From: Chiloscyllium plagiosum
Taxonomy: Eukaryota
Direction: 5' to 3'
Assembly: GCF_004010195.1 (NCBI RefSeq)
Contig: NC_057754.1
Location: forward strand, 11,600,008 to 11,664,007
DNA length: 64,000 bases
The notes under the pieces were generated by a model, which had not been told where the DNA came from, made no database searches, and saw only the letters and a program-made list of their open reading frames with translations. This document shows positions 13,945 to 25,747 of this stretch, one piece after another; within the stretch, counting starts at the first letter, position 1, and each line of letters opens with the position of its first letter. Made by a program: the position numbers and the translations under genes.

Positions 13945-14150
13945 TGATCCCTTCCTACACTCGGGACTGTGAACAGCCTCTCCCCAATGTGACTAAGTAA
14001 ATGTGTTTCCACCTCAGTGGGTAATTGAATCCCTTCGCATAGTCCCCACATTTCCTTTTTTCTCTGTGGTGTCCATGTGTTTATCTAGTTTGGACAATCG
14101 TGGATTCGCGACCACGTAGATATGAGTCCCATTTTGCCCTATTGTAAATG
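13945..14150 (-). pseudogene. C2H2 zinc-finger relic
   Basis: Reverse complement gives ..KCGDYAKGFNYP / EVETHLLSHIGERLFT.., matching [30 protein letters not shown] of the intact gene; frameshifted. Confidence 0.75.
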
Positions 14151-14429
14151 TGTTTGTATTCTTCCTTATTCTCCCAGCGGATATGAGTATCATTGTTTCT
14201 GACAGCATTTGTTGTTCACTCCTAATTCACCTTGAACTGATATCAGAGGGCAGTTAGGGGTCAAAAGCATTGTTGTGGGTCTGGAAATCCATGTACGCCA
14301 GAACAGGTAAGATCGGCAGATTTCCCTTATGAAGGGACATTGGTGAATGGTATTTCAGTAAATCAAAATCATGATCTGTATTCCTGAGATCGGGTTTGTA
14401 TTCCAGATTTGATTAATCGAATTTAAACG

Positions 14430-14795
14430 CCAGGCCTTGTTATCACAAAGTCTGCCGTTACACAGTACTTATTGTGAGCCACGAACAATTTCCATTAACA
14501 ACTTTTCACTCTCCCAGCCAGATCACTATCCACTCCTTTGTCTGTCTAACTGCTCTTCTCTCTCTTTGGGCTCCATTCCCACCTATCGTTTACTCTTTAC
14601 CCCCTCCCCCACCCAATCTTCCGCATATAAACTGACATTTTCCCACCTCCCATCAGTTGTGAAGAAGGGTCACCGGACCTGAAATGTTTCTTCTGATTTC
14701 TCTGCACAAATACTGCCAGACCTGCTGAGCTTTCCAGCAACTTCTGTCTCTGTTTCTGATTTACAGCATCCAGAATTATTTCGGTTTTTACTGAG
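14430..14795 (+). mobile_element. PLE 3' end (family C)
   Basis: Shared with 19150-19472; degenerate hammerhead gtgaagaagggtcaccggacctgaaatgtt. Confidence 0.7.
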
Positions 14796-14814
14796 GGCGT
14801 CCAGTGAAAGTCCA

Positions 14815-15440
14815 ACAGACTGAATCCTGGGATGGCAGGACTGACAAATGAAAAAAGATTGTCAAAGCTCCAAAGGGTCAGTTAGACTCGAAACATCAAC
14901 TCTTTTCTCTCCTTATAGATGCTGCCAGACCTGCTGAGATTTTCCAGCATTTTCTCTTTTGGTTTCAGATTCCAGCATCCGCAGTAATTTGCTTTTAAAG
15001 ATTGGATCGACTGGGCTTGTGCTCACTGGACTTTCGGAGAATGAGGGGGAATCTCGTAGAAACATAGATTCTGATAGTCCCCTGACGGGACTGGGCAGGC
15101 TAAATGCAGGAAGAATGCTCCCGACGTTGAATAAATTCTGAACTAGGGGTCACAGTCCAAGAATAAGGGTAAGCCATTCGGAATGACATGAGAAAGAATT
15201 TCTTCACTCGGAGATATGTGAACCTTTGGAATTCTCTGCCAAAGAACGACGTTGGGAACATTTTGTTAGATGTGTTCACGAGGGAGCTGGTCATAGCCCT
15301 TGCAGCTAAAGGGATCAAGGAGTATGGAGAGAAAGCAAGAGGGGGATACTGAAATTGCATGATCTGCCATCATTATACTGAATGGTGGTGCAGGCTCGAA
15401 GGGCCGAACGGCCGATTTCTGCACCATTCTCCATGTTTCT
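14815..15440 (+). mobile_element. CR1 3' fragment with PLE end insert (about 14865-14997, family D)
   Basis: CR1 C-terminus and 3'UTR; insert gggtcagttagactcgaaacatc...gatgctgccagacctgctgag flanked by aaagattg. Confidence 0.7.
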
Positions 15441-15657
15441 TGAACAGGAAAAGGTCGTTTGGACCATCGCTGGTGTTAGTTCCTGGTGAGAAAGGGGAAA
15501 GTATCGGCTGGTGCCTGTTTGCAACATTTACAGCTTCTGTCTATGTCGGAATAAGTGCTGTTTACTCCAGGTTGAAGTGTTTCCTAGGAGCAAGAAGCTG
15601 ATTTTGAGACGTCATGAGCAAAAGCAGAATAAACGAACTGTACTTTGTTAATACAAA

Positions 15658-15729
15658 TGGTAGAGAACCGTTTCGATCCATTAACTTCTGGGTTCTGGGC
15701 CCACCACACTCCTGCTGTGCCACCCTGCC
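15658..15729 (-). pseudogene. tRNA-iMet pseudogene (anticodon CAT changed to CAG)
   Basis: RC GGCAGGGTGGCACAGCAGGAGTGTGGTGGGCCCAGAACCCAGAAGTTAATGGATCGAAACGGTTCTCTACCA, 72 nt, colinear with vertebrate initiator tRNA-Met including the diagnostic GATCGAAAC T-loop. Confidence 0.85.
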
Positions 15730-16585
15730 TGCAAGGCAAACTGAGCTACTCCTATTAGTTATATCGTGTAAAATAAATGTTATTTTCTTCTTCACCTTTG
15801 AACTGAAGCACACGTATTGGAAGGCTCCCCCGGCTACAAAATTGCAATGTGTGATGCCATCCAGAAAGTAACACACACACACCGTAGCAACGGACCATCA
15901 ACAGATACACAGTATCAGGCAAACAAAGGGCTGAACAGACGAGCAACACGCTGAGACGAACTTGCTTATTATTTGTCTGAAGTTTCAGTAAAGGCTGATC
16001 CAACAATTGCATTCCTCATTCTGAAGAAAGATCACTGGACCCGAACTGTTCACTCTGATTTCCCTCAACAGATGCTGTCAGACCTGTAGCATTTCTACAG
16101 CAATTTCTGTTTTTGTTATATTCCTCATGATCATTTGCCTGTGGGCAGTAACACTTCCTGAATCGTGCAAAACTGACATTCAAATTCGTCTGAACGCTAT
16201 CATTCGCTGTTCTCTCCGTACAATCCCTTTCTCGCCCTCCTGGCTTATTAAATCACACAAAACTTGCGGATTTTTTCTCTTTCACCCTCTGCCTTCAAAC
16301 ACAAGAAAATTCTCCTAGTTCTGATGAAATGCCGTGGATATAAAAAAAATCTCGCTTTGAAAGACAAAGGCAATCCCCTACTCCCCCCCACCCCCATATA
16401 ACCAGTGAATTTAACAGGCATGGCAGCCTGTCACGCGTAGAGGGCGGCAACCTACAATTTGGTTGATTATTAGGGCATTTCCCTGGAACAAATCATGACC
16501 AGAGCACTGGTCGTTTTTAACAACTTCTGTTTTGGCCAGCATTGCTCTGTACTATTTCCCCCAGCCTGATATCCCAAATGTTCCC

Positions 16586-16681
16586 TGCTCCAGGTTAGGT
16601 TGGAACTCCTAGCGTCGGCATTTCACGCGTCTCTAAACTATCATAGAAGGACCGTGCGCTCACAGCTCCGCGCACCCATTC
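16586..16681 (-). pseudogene. Intron-containing tRNA-Ile(TAT) pseudogene
   Basis: Plus strand TGCTCCAGGTTAGGTTGGAACTCCTAGCGTCGGCAT-[22 nt]-TAGAAGGACCGTGCGCT matches the reverse complement of Ile-TAT; intron 16622-16643; anticodon now TCT; 5' acceptor strand decayed. Confidence 0.75.
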
Positions 16682-16767
16682 CCATGTCACCTGGTTAGGG
16701 TTAGGCTCTTTTCCCCATACTGTGATCTGGGGAATGGCTCCATGTTGTTGCTGTGAGAGTTTTCACA

Positions 16768-17695
16768 ATGGACAGGGCTTCTGAAGAAAAATAAATCAGT
16801 TTGGTAAGTATTTGTGGGGTGAGACTGACGGTTAATCTTTCTGCTGGATAACTCTCAGTCTAGTTGGAATAGTCTGAAATGTTACAGATGGAAAATGAAT
16901 GCAGAGGGATAAGAGCGAAAGGGCTGTGATCAGTTACAAGGTGTGAGAAAGTGAGGACTGCAGATAATGGAGAGTAGGAGTCGAAAAGCGTGGGTTGGAA
17001 AAGCACAACCTGTCAGGCAGCATCCGAGGAGCTGGAGAGTTGACTATTCGGGCATAAGCCCTTCTCAAGCATGAAGAAACGATGAGTCAAGGCGAAATGT
17101 AAGTGTGCATTTGACGAAATTTCTTGTTCTCTCTCAGAATGAGCTAATCACAACTGCTGTTTCAAAGGAGAATGGTATTTTCTTGGATTTTCCTGATATT
17201 ATAATTCCCCCGAATTCAGAAATGTAGTGGGGTGGACCCATTGAAGAAGTGGCCGTGTGGATATGGGGGATTCAGAGTTTTCTCACAGGGGCTGGAGTTC
17301 TGACTGCGGCGCTGAACATGATCTTCCGACATTCCAAAATCCAATACTGGCCTCTTCCTCATTTACAATTCAACCGTGAAATTTGATGTATTATGTTCAT
17401 ATACATTGAGTCGGCATGAAAGTCTTGTAATGTGTCCTTGAATGAAGTAATGGTGAAAGTTGATGACGTTGGGTGCAGTTTGCGTCATGTAGTCTGTCTA
17501 AACTTTCCAAGGGAAGTTGGTGAAGTGTCACTGAATCGAATACTGTGACGAATTGAAGCCGATGGAATGAAAAGCCCCGTGATAGCGGAGATGTACCTTG
17601 ACCGTGAGCGAATTGCTTTCCAGACTCAAGGAGAGTGCACAGTGCTGTTCCCAGATGGTAGTATCGGGACTACCTCTCTTCTGGACAGATATTAA
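16768..17695 (+). pseudogene. Putative two-exon protein-coding pseudogene, family unknown (exons 16768-16803 and 17138-17695)
   Basis: ATG, donor ttg|gtaagt, acceptor ttcttgttctctctcag, phase-0 join, about 197 codons without frameshift but 5 internal stops; AATAAA at 17791. Confidence 0.45.
16945..17070 (-). mobile_element. PLE end (family B)
   Basis: gagaaagtgaggactgcag...ttcgggcataagcccttc. Confidence 0.75.
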
Positions 17696-18099
17696 TAACG
17701 TGTGCAGAACGGACAACTTCAAATTCTTAAATGAAGCAAAACTCGCAAATGAACGAAACAATGCAGAAACCACAGGTGCCGTTCTTTACAAATAAAGTTT
17801 ATTTTGCTCATCAGTGCTCTGTATTCTTTTCCTGTACGTTGTTACACGGAGGCACTGTACAATCACGGAACACAGTGAGCAAGTATATAAAGGAAAATGA
17901 GTTTCGTGTCAGAGGGCTTACCAGGAACATCACCAGATACACGGAGAGAAGTGAATTTCCCACAACAGGAACACTTCTCAAACAATGAACGGAGATGAGG
18001 AAACTGAACCTTTGGAATTCGGTGCCCAGAGAATGTGGAGGGCAGTCAATGAGTCTGTTTAAGACTGAGATTGGCAAATTTCTACAGATTAAAAGCATT

Positions 18100-19472
18100 A
18101 TGTGCAGCGAATGCAGTAGACTGGATTGTAGGAAGTACAAGTAAAGTGCTGGAAGGTATGGTTGAGCCGTTGGACACTGAGGAGGGAGGAGGTAAATGGG
18201 CAGGTGTCACACCTTCATGGAAGGTGTCGTGGGGGCTGGGGGTGGGGGTTGGTGGTGAGTGAAGGGAGAATGCACCAGGATGCCCCGGAAAGGGTAAGGG
18301 TGTTCTCCCTGTCCCATAGTATTCTTCGCCTAGCTCCAACACTCTTCCGCCACCTGGCCCACTCCTTCTTACTTGCACTTGATCTGTTTATTGAGAACTG
18401 TCGATGTGACATTGGTTGTGTCAATATGTCTGGCTCCCTTCAGCCAATCCAACCTATCTCCATCCAAACTGACTGCACCCTTGTGCTTAGATCTAATCCT
18501 GACTTCGTTGTTAAGCTGCCAATAGGGGTGCTGCTGTTGTCGTCTGGTGTATTGACATTGTAGAGGCTGAACACCAGCTCTCAGATCCCTCCTCCTATCT
18601 CCCCCAGACATTAGCCCCACCATGGCACATCAGGCCATTGTATCAACTATGTCACTGACCTCATTACATCTGTCTCTGGGCCACCCTGGTCCACTCTTTC
18701 TTCATTCCCAACAACTACCCTAACATATCCCTATGGCACCTACCCCTGAAGGTGCAACACCTGCCCATTTACCTCCCCCCTTCTCAGTATCCAAGGGCCC
18801 AAAGTTACCTTCCAGGTGAAGCAGCACCTCCCCAGCACTTCTCACAATCTAGTCCACTGCATTCGCTGCTCACAATGTGGTCTCCTCTACGTTGAGGAAA
18901 CAAGGCATAGACATCGATGTTCTGCACGCAAAAAGACCCAGAGCTTCCAGTTGCCTGCCACTTTAACACCCCACCCTGTTCCCTGGCCAACATCTCTGTC
19001 TCAGGCTTGCTGCAGTGCTCCAGCAAAGCTCAGCACAAGCTGGAAGAACAGCACCTCAATTTCTGCTTGGGGACCTGCAGCCCTCTGGACTCAATATTGA
19101 GTTCAATAATTTCAAGGTCTGAACTCCCCTAGACCCCTATCACACACACAAGGCTTTGTTATCACTTATCTACCATTACAAATAACCCATTGTTAGCCAC
19201 TAACACTCTCCATTAACAGCTATTCACCTTCCCAGCCAGATTGTTATCCACTCCTCTGACTGTCCAACTGTTCTTCTCTCTCTTTGGGCTCTATCCCCAT
19301 CTATCCTTTTCTCCTTAACCCCTCCCCCAACCCTATCGTCTGTATATAAACCAATATTTTTCCTAACTACTGTAAGTTCTGAGGAAGGGTCACTGGATCC
19401 AAAACGTTACCTCTGGTTTCTCTTCACAGATGCTGCTAGACCTGCTTGAAGTTTCAGCAACTTCAGTTTTTG
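18100..19472 (+). mobile_element. Penelope-like element fragment with GIY-YIG endonuclease and an inverted 5' piece
   Basis: NLVHCIRCSQCGLLYVEET...PVACHFN...KLEEQHL; the segment at about 18100-18300 is related sequence on the - strand; hammerhead-like core at about 19376-19415. Confidence 0.85.
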
Positions 19473-20544
19473 TCCTCCCACCATATGTTTGCCCACGTGT
19501 CTTTTAAAAGATTCTGGATTCCACTTCTGTCTTCATTTCTGTAAAATCATTCAGGATTTAAGTAACTCTCTGAGTGAAAGCTACTCATTTCTAATCCTTT
19601 ATTTATCATACACCAATGGTTTTCAATCTCTGACTGTAGTTATTGATTCACTCGAAAGAGAGAATTTCCCTTTTAATAGTCACTCTGAACCTCACATCAT
19701 CTGGAAAATCTCTGTTGTTTACTTCCCAATCTTCCATGTTTTCAACATCTCATGAATAAAATTGTTTATCCTTTCCTTTATTCCGACAAACTTGTCTGTG
19801 TTTTTTCTAATGTCTTTATATCTCACTAAACCCTGTCTCTGTACTTTATAATGCCTTCTGTTCCAATAAATCCCTTCTGTGTCCTTTCTGATGTCATTAC
19901 ATTTCAGGTGAAGAGTGAGGATCAGGATTATAGCCAATGCTCTAACTGAGGCTGAACCATTGATATTACAGTTGTACTATGTGCTCTTTGCTTACTTAAC
20001 CTGATTTATCCATGCATAAACTCAACTAATCCAAATGATTGTCTAATCACATCATAAACACTGTCTCTGTGGAAACCAAGATCTCTCTACTTTTATACTT
20101 GCATTGAATATGGGAATGGATTGCAAGTTCAACATCCCTAAATCCCCATGACCTCAGTGACTCTCAACTATTTTGAAAGGCAACTGCGATTCAACCACCT
20201 CATTGTGGGACTACAGTCATTTTCAGTACAGACTGGGTAAGGACAGTAAATATCATCACCAGAGGAGTTTGTGGACCTGAGATCTATACTTTTGAAAAAA
20301 AAACTGTCCTGTTTCGATGTTGGTGTCTCCTTTGTGCATCACTTTGTGATTTGTCACAATAAAACTCGACCCAATGATTACTTTATTCTATTATTCTCCA
20401 TTATTCTAAAATTTCAAAAACATACTTTATTCATTAAAAGAAATTTTGGTACATATACAGTTGGTGAAGACATTCAGGTGTATACATTTTGTTTACCTTC
20501 CGAGAACAAATTGCGTCAATGATGTTCACTATTCTCTACGTTTA

Positions 20545-22712
20545 CATAGAACATAGACCATAGAAAAGTACAGCACAGAACAGGCCCTTTGGCCACCATG
20601 TTGTGTCGAGGATTAATCCTAACATAAAATAAAGTAACTTAACCTGTGCACCCCTCAATTCACTGCTATCCATGTGCTTGTGCAGCAGTTGCATAAATCT
20701 TCCTCATGACTCTGCTTCCACCACCATCGCTGGCAGCGCATTCCATGCATTCACAACTCTCTGCATAAAGAACCTTGCTCTGACATCCCCTCCATACCTT
20801 TCTCCGAATATCTTAAAAGTATGACCCCTCATGCCAGTCAATCCTGCCCTGGGGAAAAGTCTTTGGCTATTGAATCGATCCATGCCTCTCATTATCATAT
20901 ATACCTCGATCCTCCTTCTCTCCAGAGAGAAAGGTCCGAGCTTAGTCAACATAAGCCTTCATAAGGCAAGCCCTCCAGTCCAGGCAGCATCCTGGTAAGC
21001 CTTCTTTGCACCCTCTCCAAAGCCTCTGTATCTTTCCTATAGTAGGGCGACCAGAACGGGACACAATAATCCAAGTGTGGTCTCACCAAGGACTTGTAGA
21101 GCTGTAGCAAAACCTCGCGGTTCATAAATTTAATCTCCCTGTTAATGAAAGCCAAAACACCATATGCGTTCTCAACAACGCGATCCACTTGGGTGGCAAT
21201 TTTGAGGGATCTATGTACTTGAACACCAAGATCCCTCTGTTCCTCCACACTGCCAAGAATCCTGTCTTTAGTCCTATATTCAGCATTCAAGTTCGACCTT
21301 CCAAAATGCATCACTTCACATTTATCCAAGTTGAACTCCATCTGCTATTTCTCAGACCAGCTCTGCATCCTGTCTATGTCGTGCTGCAGCCATCAATAGC
21401 CCTTGATACTATCAATGGCACCTTTGTGTCATCTGCAAATTTATTAACCCACCCCTCAACCTCCTCATCCAAGTCATTTATAAAAACTACAAAGAGCAGA
21501 GGCCCAAGAACAGAGCCCTGCTGGACCCCACTCAACACTGACCTCCAGGGAGAATATTTTCCATCTACAACCACTCTCTGCCTTCTGTCAGCCAGCCAAT
21601 TCTGAATCCAGATAGCCAAATCTCCCTGTATCCCATACTTCCTGACTTTATGAATGAGCCTACCATGGGGAACCTTATCAAATGCCTTGCTGAAGTCTAT
21701 ATGCACAATATCCACTGCTTGACCTTCATCAACCTGACTTGTCACCTCCTCAAAGAACTCAATAAGATTTGTGAGGCCCCTCACAAAGCCATGCTGACTG
21801 CCTTTATTCATGCTATGGTTTTCTAAATAGCCATAATCCCTATCCCTCAGAATTCTTCCCAAAACTTTACTGACCGGTCTGTAATTGCCAGGGATTTCAC
21901 TATTATCCTTCTTGAAAAGATGAACAACATTTGCCTCCTTCCAATCCTCCAGTACAACTCCCGTGGAGAGTGAGGAAGCAAAGATCTTCGCCAGCGGCTT
22001 AGCAACCTCCTTTCTCGCTTCCTGGAGTAACCTAGGATAAATTTGATCTGGCCCTGGGGACTTATCAATCTTAATGTTGCCAAAATTTCCAATGCATCAA
22101 CTTCAACAGTCTTGATCTGTTCAAGCCTATACTGCAGCTCCTCAAAGTTCTCATTCACAACAAGGTCCAATTCCTGAGTGAAAACCGAAGCAAAAAAACT
22201 CATTTGGGGCTTTCCCTTTCTGCTCAGACTCCATGCACAAGTTCCTTACACTATTCCTGATCAGTCCTACCTTCTCTCTGATAATTTCTTATTCCTCACG
22301 TATGAGTAAAATGCCTTTGGGTTCTCCCTTCTTGACTACCCTTTTTCATGTCCCCTCCTGGCTCTCCTCAGTCAATTTCTGAGCTCCTTTCTAGCAAGCC
22401 TGTAATTCTCTAAAGCTGTGCCAGATCCTTGCTTCCTCCACCTTACATAAGCTGCCTTCTTCCTTTTGATGATAAGCTCCTCTGTTCTCACCATCCAAGG
22501 TTCCTTAATCTAACCTCTTCTTGGTGGTGTCTCAGAGGAACAAATTCGTACATCACTCGCAACAACTGTTCCTTAAACAGTCTCCACATGTCTGCTGTGC
22601 CCTTTTTATGGAACAATTGTTCCTAGTCTGTACTTCCCAACTCCTGTCTGATAGTATCATAATTTCCTTTCACCCAATTAAATATCTTCCCTCGGTAACT
22701 GCTCCTTTCCCT
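20545..22712 (-). mobile_element. CR1 LINE, 5'-truncated
   Basis: DFSKAFD, QGSVLGP, KFADD, YCVPFWSP; ctatgttctatg tail. Confidence 0.9.
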
Positions 22713-22729
22713 CAACCATTTGGCATTTA

Positions 22730-22920
22730 GTTGCGATGTCAGCTGGGCCCAATACTGAATGGACCTCAGTTATTCTTCAGCAGAAGCACCTGACAAGGTG
22801 GTCTTTCCCCACCACTCTTCGGCGACAGCTGCCCAAAGCTTCACTGCGTCCCTCAGCACATAATCCTGGACCTTGGAATGTGCCAGTCTGCAACCCTCGG
22901 TCAGGGTCAACTCCTTCAAC
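22730..22920 (-). mobile_element. Tx1/L1-like LINE ORF2 C-terminus
   Basis: CRLAHSKVQDYVLRDAVKL...WGKTT; the same GKTT end recurs at 44979-45000. Confidence 0.6.
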
Positions 22921-22924
22921 CGGA

Positions 22925-23163
22925 ATACATTCTCCCTGTGTCTGCGTGGGTTTCCTTCAGGTGCTCTGGTTTCCTCCCACAATCCAAAAATGTGCAGGTT
23001 AGGTGAATTGGCCATGCTAAATTGTCCATAGTATTAGGTGAAGGGGTAAATGTAGGAGTATGGGTCTGGGTGGTATACGCTTCGGCGGGTCGGTGTGGAC
23101 TTGTTGGGCCGAAGGGCCTGTTTCCACACTGTAAGTAATCTAATCTAAGTAATCTAATCTAAA
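22925..23163 (+). mobile_element. HE1 SINE, 5'-truncated
   Basis: HE1 body with (tctaa)n tail. Confidence 0.9.
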
Positions 23164-23743
23164 AAAACCTGCAAATCTTGGGCAGACCAAAGAGTGTCTT
23201 TCACTGAGTTGATGGTCCTCTAGGCACACTTGATGTTCATCTTAGTGTATATCCCAGGGAACAGACATCATGGAGCTGCTCGGGACGGACCTCAATAAAC
23301 ACTACTGCATTCCTTTCCAGACTTCCTTTGCATAGGCACTTTCCAGAAGGAGGCGTGTGACAGTCTCGTCTCCGCCACAACATTTTCTCGAACGACTGGC
23401 ATTTGATAAGCTTGAACATCAGCATTGGGAATATGTAGTAGTGAGTGACTCATTTTCTGTTGATTGTCCTTTAACTTTGTCATTCAGTTATTGTGCCTTA
23501 TTGGAGCAAATCTGAATTCAAAAAGAAACCACACAGCAAACAGATAAATATTAAATTCAGGAACAGATGCTGCTGAAATTAGATGTCAATACTGAGAAGC
23601 AAACAAAGGCAAAGTGGAATCTCAATGATTTTACTGATTATTGAGCAGAACTAATTGAGCCGTGGGGCTCTGGTGGTCAATTTAATTATCTGCATTGCTT
23701 TTAAGCAGTCTCCTTGCTTTGGAAAGATTCCGAGTTGGTATCT

Positions 23744-23813
23744 GTCCGGCGATCTCAGTTGGTAGAGCAAGATTTTTAATCTCAGGTTCTGTGTTTCACA
23801 CCGATATTGGACA
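23744..23813 (+). pseudogene. tRNA-Lys(TTT) pseudogene
   Basis: GTCCGGCGATCTCAGTTGGTAGAGCAAGATTTTTAATCTCAGG versus GCCCGGATAGCTCAGTCGGTAGAGCATCAGACTTTTAATCTGAGG; B box decayed. Confidence 0.65.
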
Positions 23814-24050
23814 ATGTGCCTATGAAATCTTGCTTTTTCAAATGAACTTTGGCTCTTTATTCCACCAGCAGTGTTATCACATTCAAAATGTGGCCTTTTC
23901 CTTTACAGGTTTATTAATGTCCTAGTTGCTGGTTCAATATACTGAAAAACCAACACCCACCACCAGAAGTAGTGTCCAAAGTTTGTGAGAAGATTTGTAG
24001 CTCGGGTGCTTGTTGTTGTGGTTCTGTTCGCCGAGCTGGGAATTTGTGTT

Positions 24051-24090
24051 GCAGACGTTTCGTCCCCTGTCTAGGTGACATCCTCAGTGC
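24051..24090 (-). ncRNA. Minimal type-I hammerhead ribozyme motif
   Basis: GCA-CUGAGGA-U-GUCACC-UAGACA-GGGGAC-GAAAC-GUC-UGC: intact core, helix I GCA/UGC, palindromic ACGU helix III. Confidence 0.7.
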
Positions 24091-24193
24091 TTGGGAGCCT
24101 CCTGTGAAGCGCTTCTGTGATCTTTCCTCTGGCATCTGTAGTGGTTTGAATCTGCCGCAGACAGATTCCACTAGACAGGGGACGAAACATCTG

Positions 24194-24487
24194 ATTAGAT
24201 TACTTACAGTGTGGAAACAGGCCCTTCGGCCCAACAAGTCCACACCGACCTGCCGAAGCGTAACCCAGACCCATTCCCCTACACCTAACACTAGGGGCAA
24301 TTTAACATGGCCAATTCGCCTAACCTGCACATTTTTGGATTGTGGGAGGAAACCAGAGCACCTGGAGGAAACCCACGCAGACATGGGGAGAATGTGCAAA
24401 CTCCACACAGTCAGTCACCTGAGGCGGGAATTGAACGCGGGTCTCTGGCGCTGTGAGGCAACAGTGCTAACCACTGTGCCACCGTGC
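24194..24487 (-). mobile_element. HE1 SINE
   Basis: Full HE1 reverse complement. Confidence 0.92.
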
Positions 24488-25070
24488 CTGCAACACAAAT
24501 TCCCAGCTTGGCGAACAGAACCACAACAAGAAGTAGTGTCATTTGTCATTTTGCATTGTTAACAATTTTGGGAACAACAACTGAATAGTTGGGTGGACAC
24601 GGTTAGGAAATGGAACTCCATAAACGATATTAAAGAACATGATGAGCTAAAATCAAAGCAAGAACTAACAATGGATACAGGAGCATAGGACTCAAAATCT
24701 AAAAACAAGCGACACTGATTTCAGATAAGTTAGCCTGACCCACGATCAACTTAAAGATATGCAATTTAAAAAAAAAGTGCTGTAAAAAAAAATAAACTCC
24801 ACGAGCTTTTCTGTTATAAGCCTAGCAATTTGTCAAGACGTGGTTGATGCTGAGGCAGAGAATCTACCATTTTGCATTCATGGGCATACAATGTGAGGAA
24901 CAAGTGAACAGAGGCAATGGTTAACATTGGTGAGGTACGTGTTTTTGAAGTTTATGACGTCACACTGTTTCTGCAGCTTCAGCAAAGCAAATTAATAAAC
25001 ACAATTGACCCGTCACTGCAACGTACTTACCCAGCACACCCCGCGGTTGTGAATGTTCCCCGATCTACGT

Positions 25071-25218
25071 CATGATTTGGAGATGCCGGTGTTGGACTGG
25101 GGTGTACAAAGTTAAAAATCACACAACAGCAGGTTATAGTCCAACAGGTTTAACTGGAAGCACATTAGCTTTCGGAGCGTCGCTCCTTCATCAGATGGTG
25201 TTGTGCGATTTTTAACCT
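25071..25218 (-). mobile_element. PLE mini-element (family A)
   Basis: TSD-like cgatctacgt / cgatcaacat; short inverted arm ggtgttgtgcgatttttaac. Confidence 0.75.
25163..25197 (-). ncRNA. Minimal type-I hammerhead ribozyme motif
   Basis: CAU-CUGAUGA-A-GGAGC-GAC-GCUCC-GAAAG-CUA-AUG. Confidence 0.7.
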
Positions 25219-25747
25219 CGATCAACATAACATGAAAAACGCGCATGCGTAGTGTTTAAGCAGCATGGCACATGCGCGAAAACAGTGAAGGTGGTGGTGG
25301 GATGATCACTTCGGATTCATAAACAGTAAAATTATGGAGCAGTGGAGAGACCGATGGACGTGGCGAGTGCTCGGCCAGGTTAGTAAACGTGTTGTGTAAG
25401 TCTCTTGCAAACCCCAGTCAGGATTTTATCTCCTTCTTCTACCGTGAACAAAGAGCGGGGTCACAGCTTCTAGCGTTGGGCCTATGCTGAAGGACGCCAT
25501 CTTTCTTAGGGGCAATGAGGCGCAAAGGACATGCAAAGCCGCCGTCTTTGTAGGGGGCCAGGGAGCAGTCGCCGACATTAGCTTAGAATTGTCACAAATT
25601 GTCAATGAAACTGATGAGGCCTCACGGCTTCTTGGTGAGGCAAAGCTATGGCAAAGACTAAAGGATAAGATAACAAATCTCACAACAAAACTGCTAGAGG
25701 AACGTTACAAGTCTGGCACAATATATGGAGAAAAATATGGAGTTAAT

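Larger units (their letters stand above)
23977..24528 (-). mobile_element. PLE mini-element (family E) with inverted arms, interrupted by HE1
   Basis: TSD agaagtagtgtc (23965-23976 / 24529-24540); arms related to 37370-37475. Confidence 0.8.
24950..25510 (+). promoter_or_regulatory. Promoter and first exon of the zinc-finger gene
   Basis: CRE TGACGTCA 24955; NRF1-like GCGCATGCGT 25241 and GCACATGCGC 25268; donor cag|gttagt 25379; YY1 CGCCATCTT 25495; locally CpG-rich. Confidence 0.6.

Noticed and set aside
16693..16705. Interstitial telomere ggttagggttagg
   Set aside because: Only about two units; chance level
17138..17695. Selenoprotein reading of three in-frame TGA codons
   Set aside because: TAG and TAA stops occur in the same frame, no SECIS was recognised, and CGA-to-TGA decay is simpler
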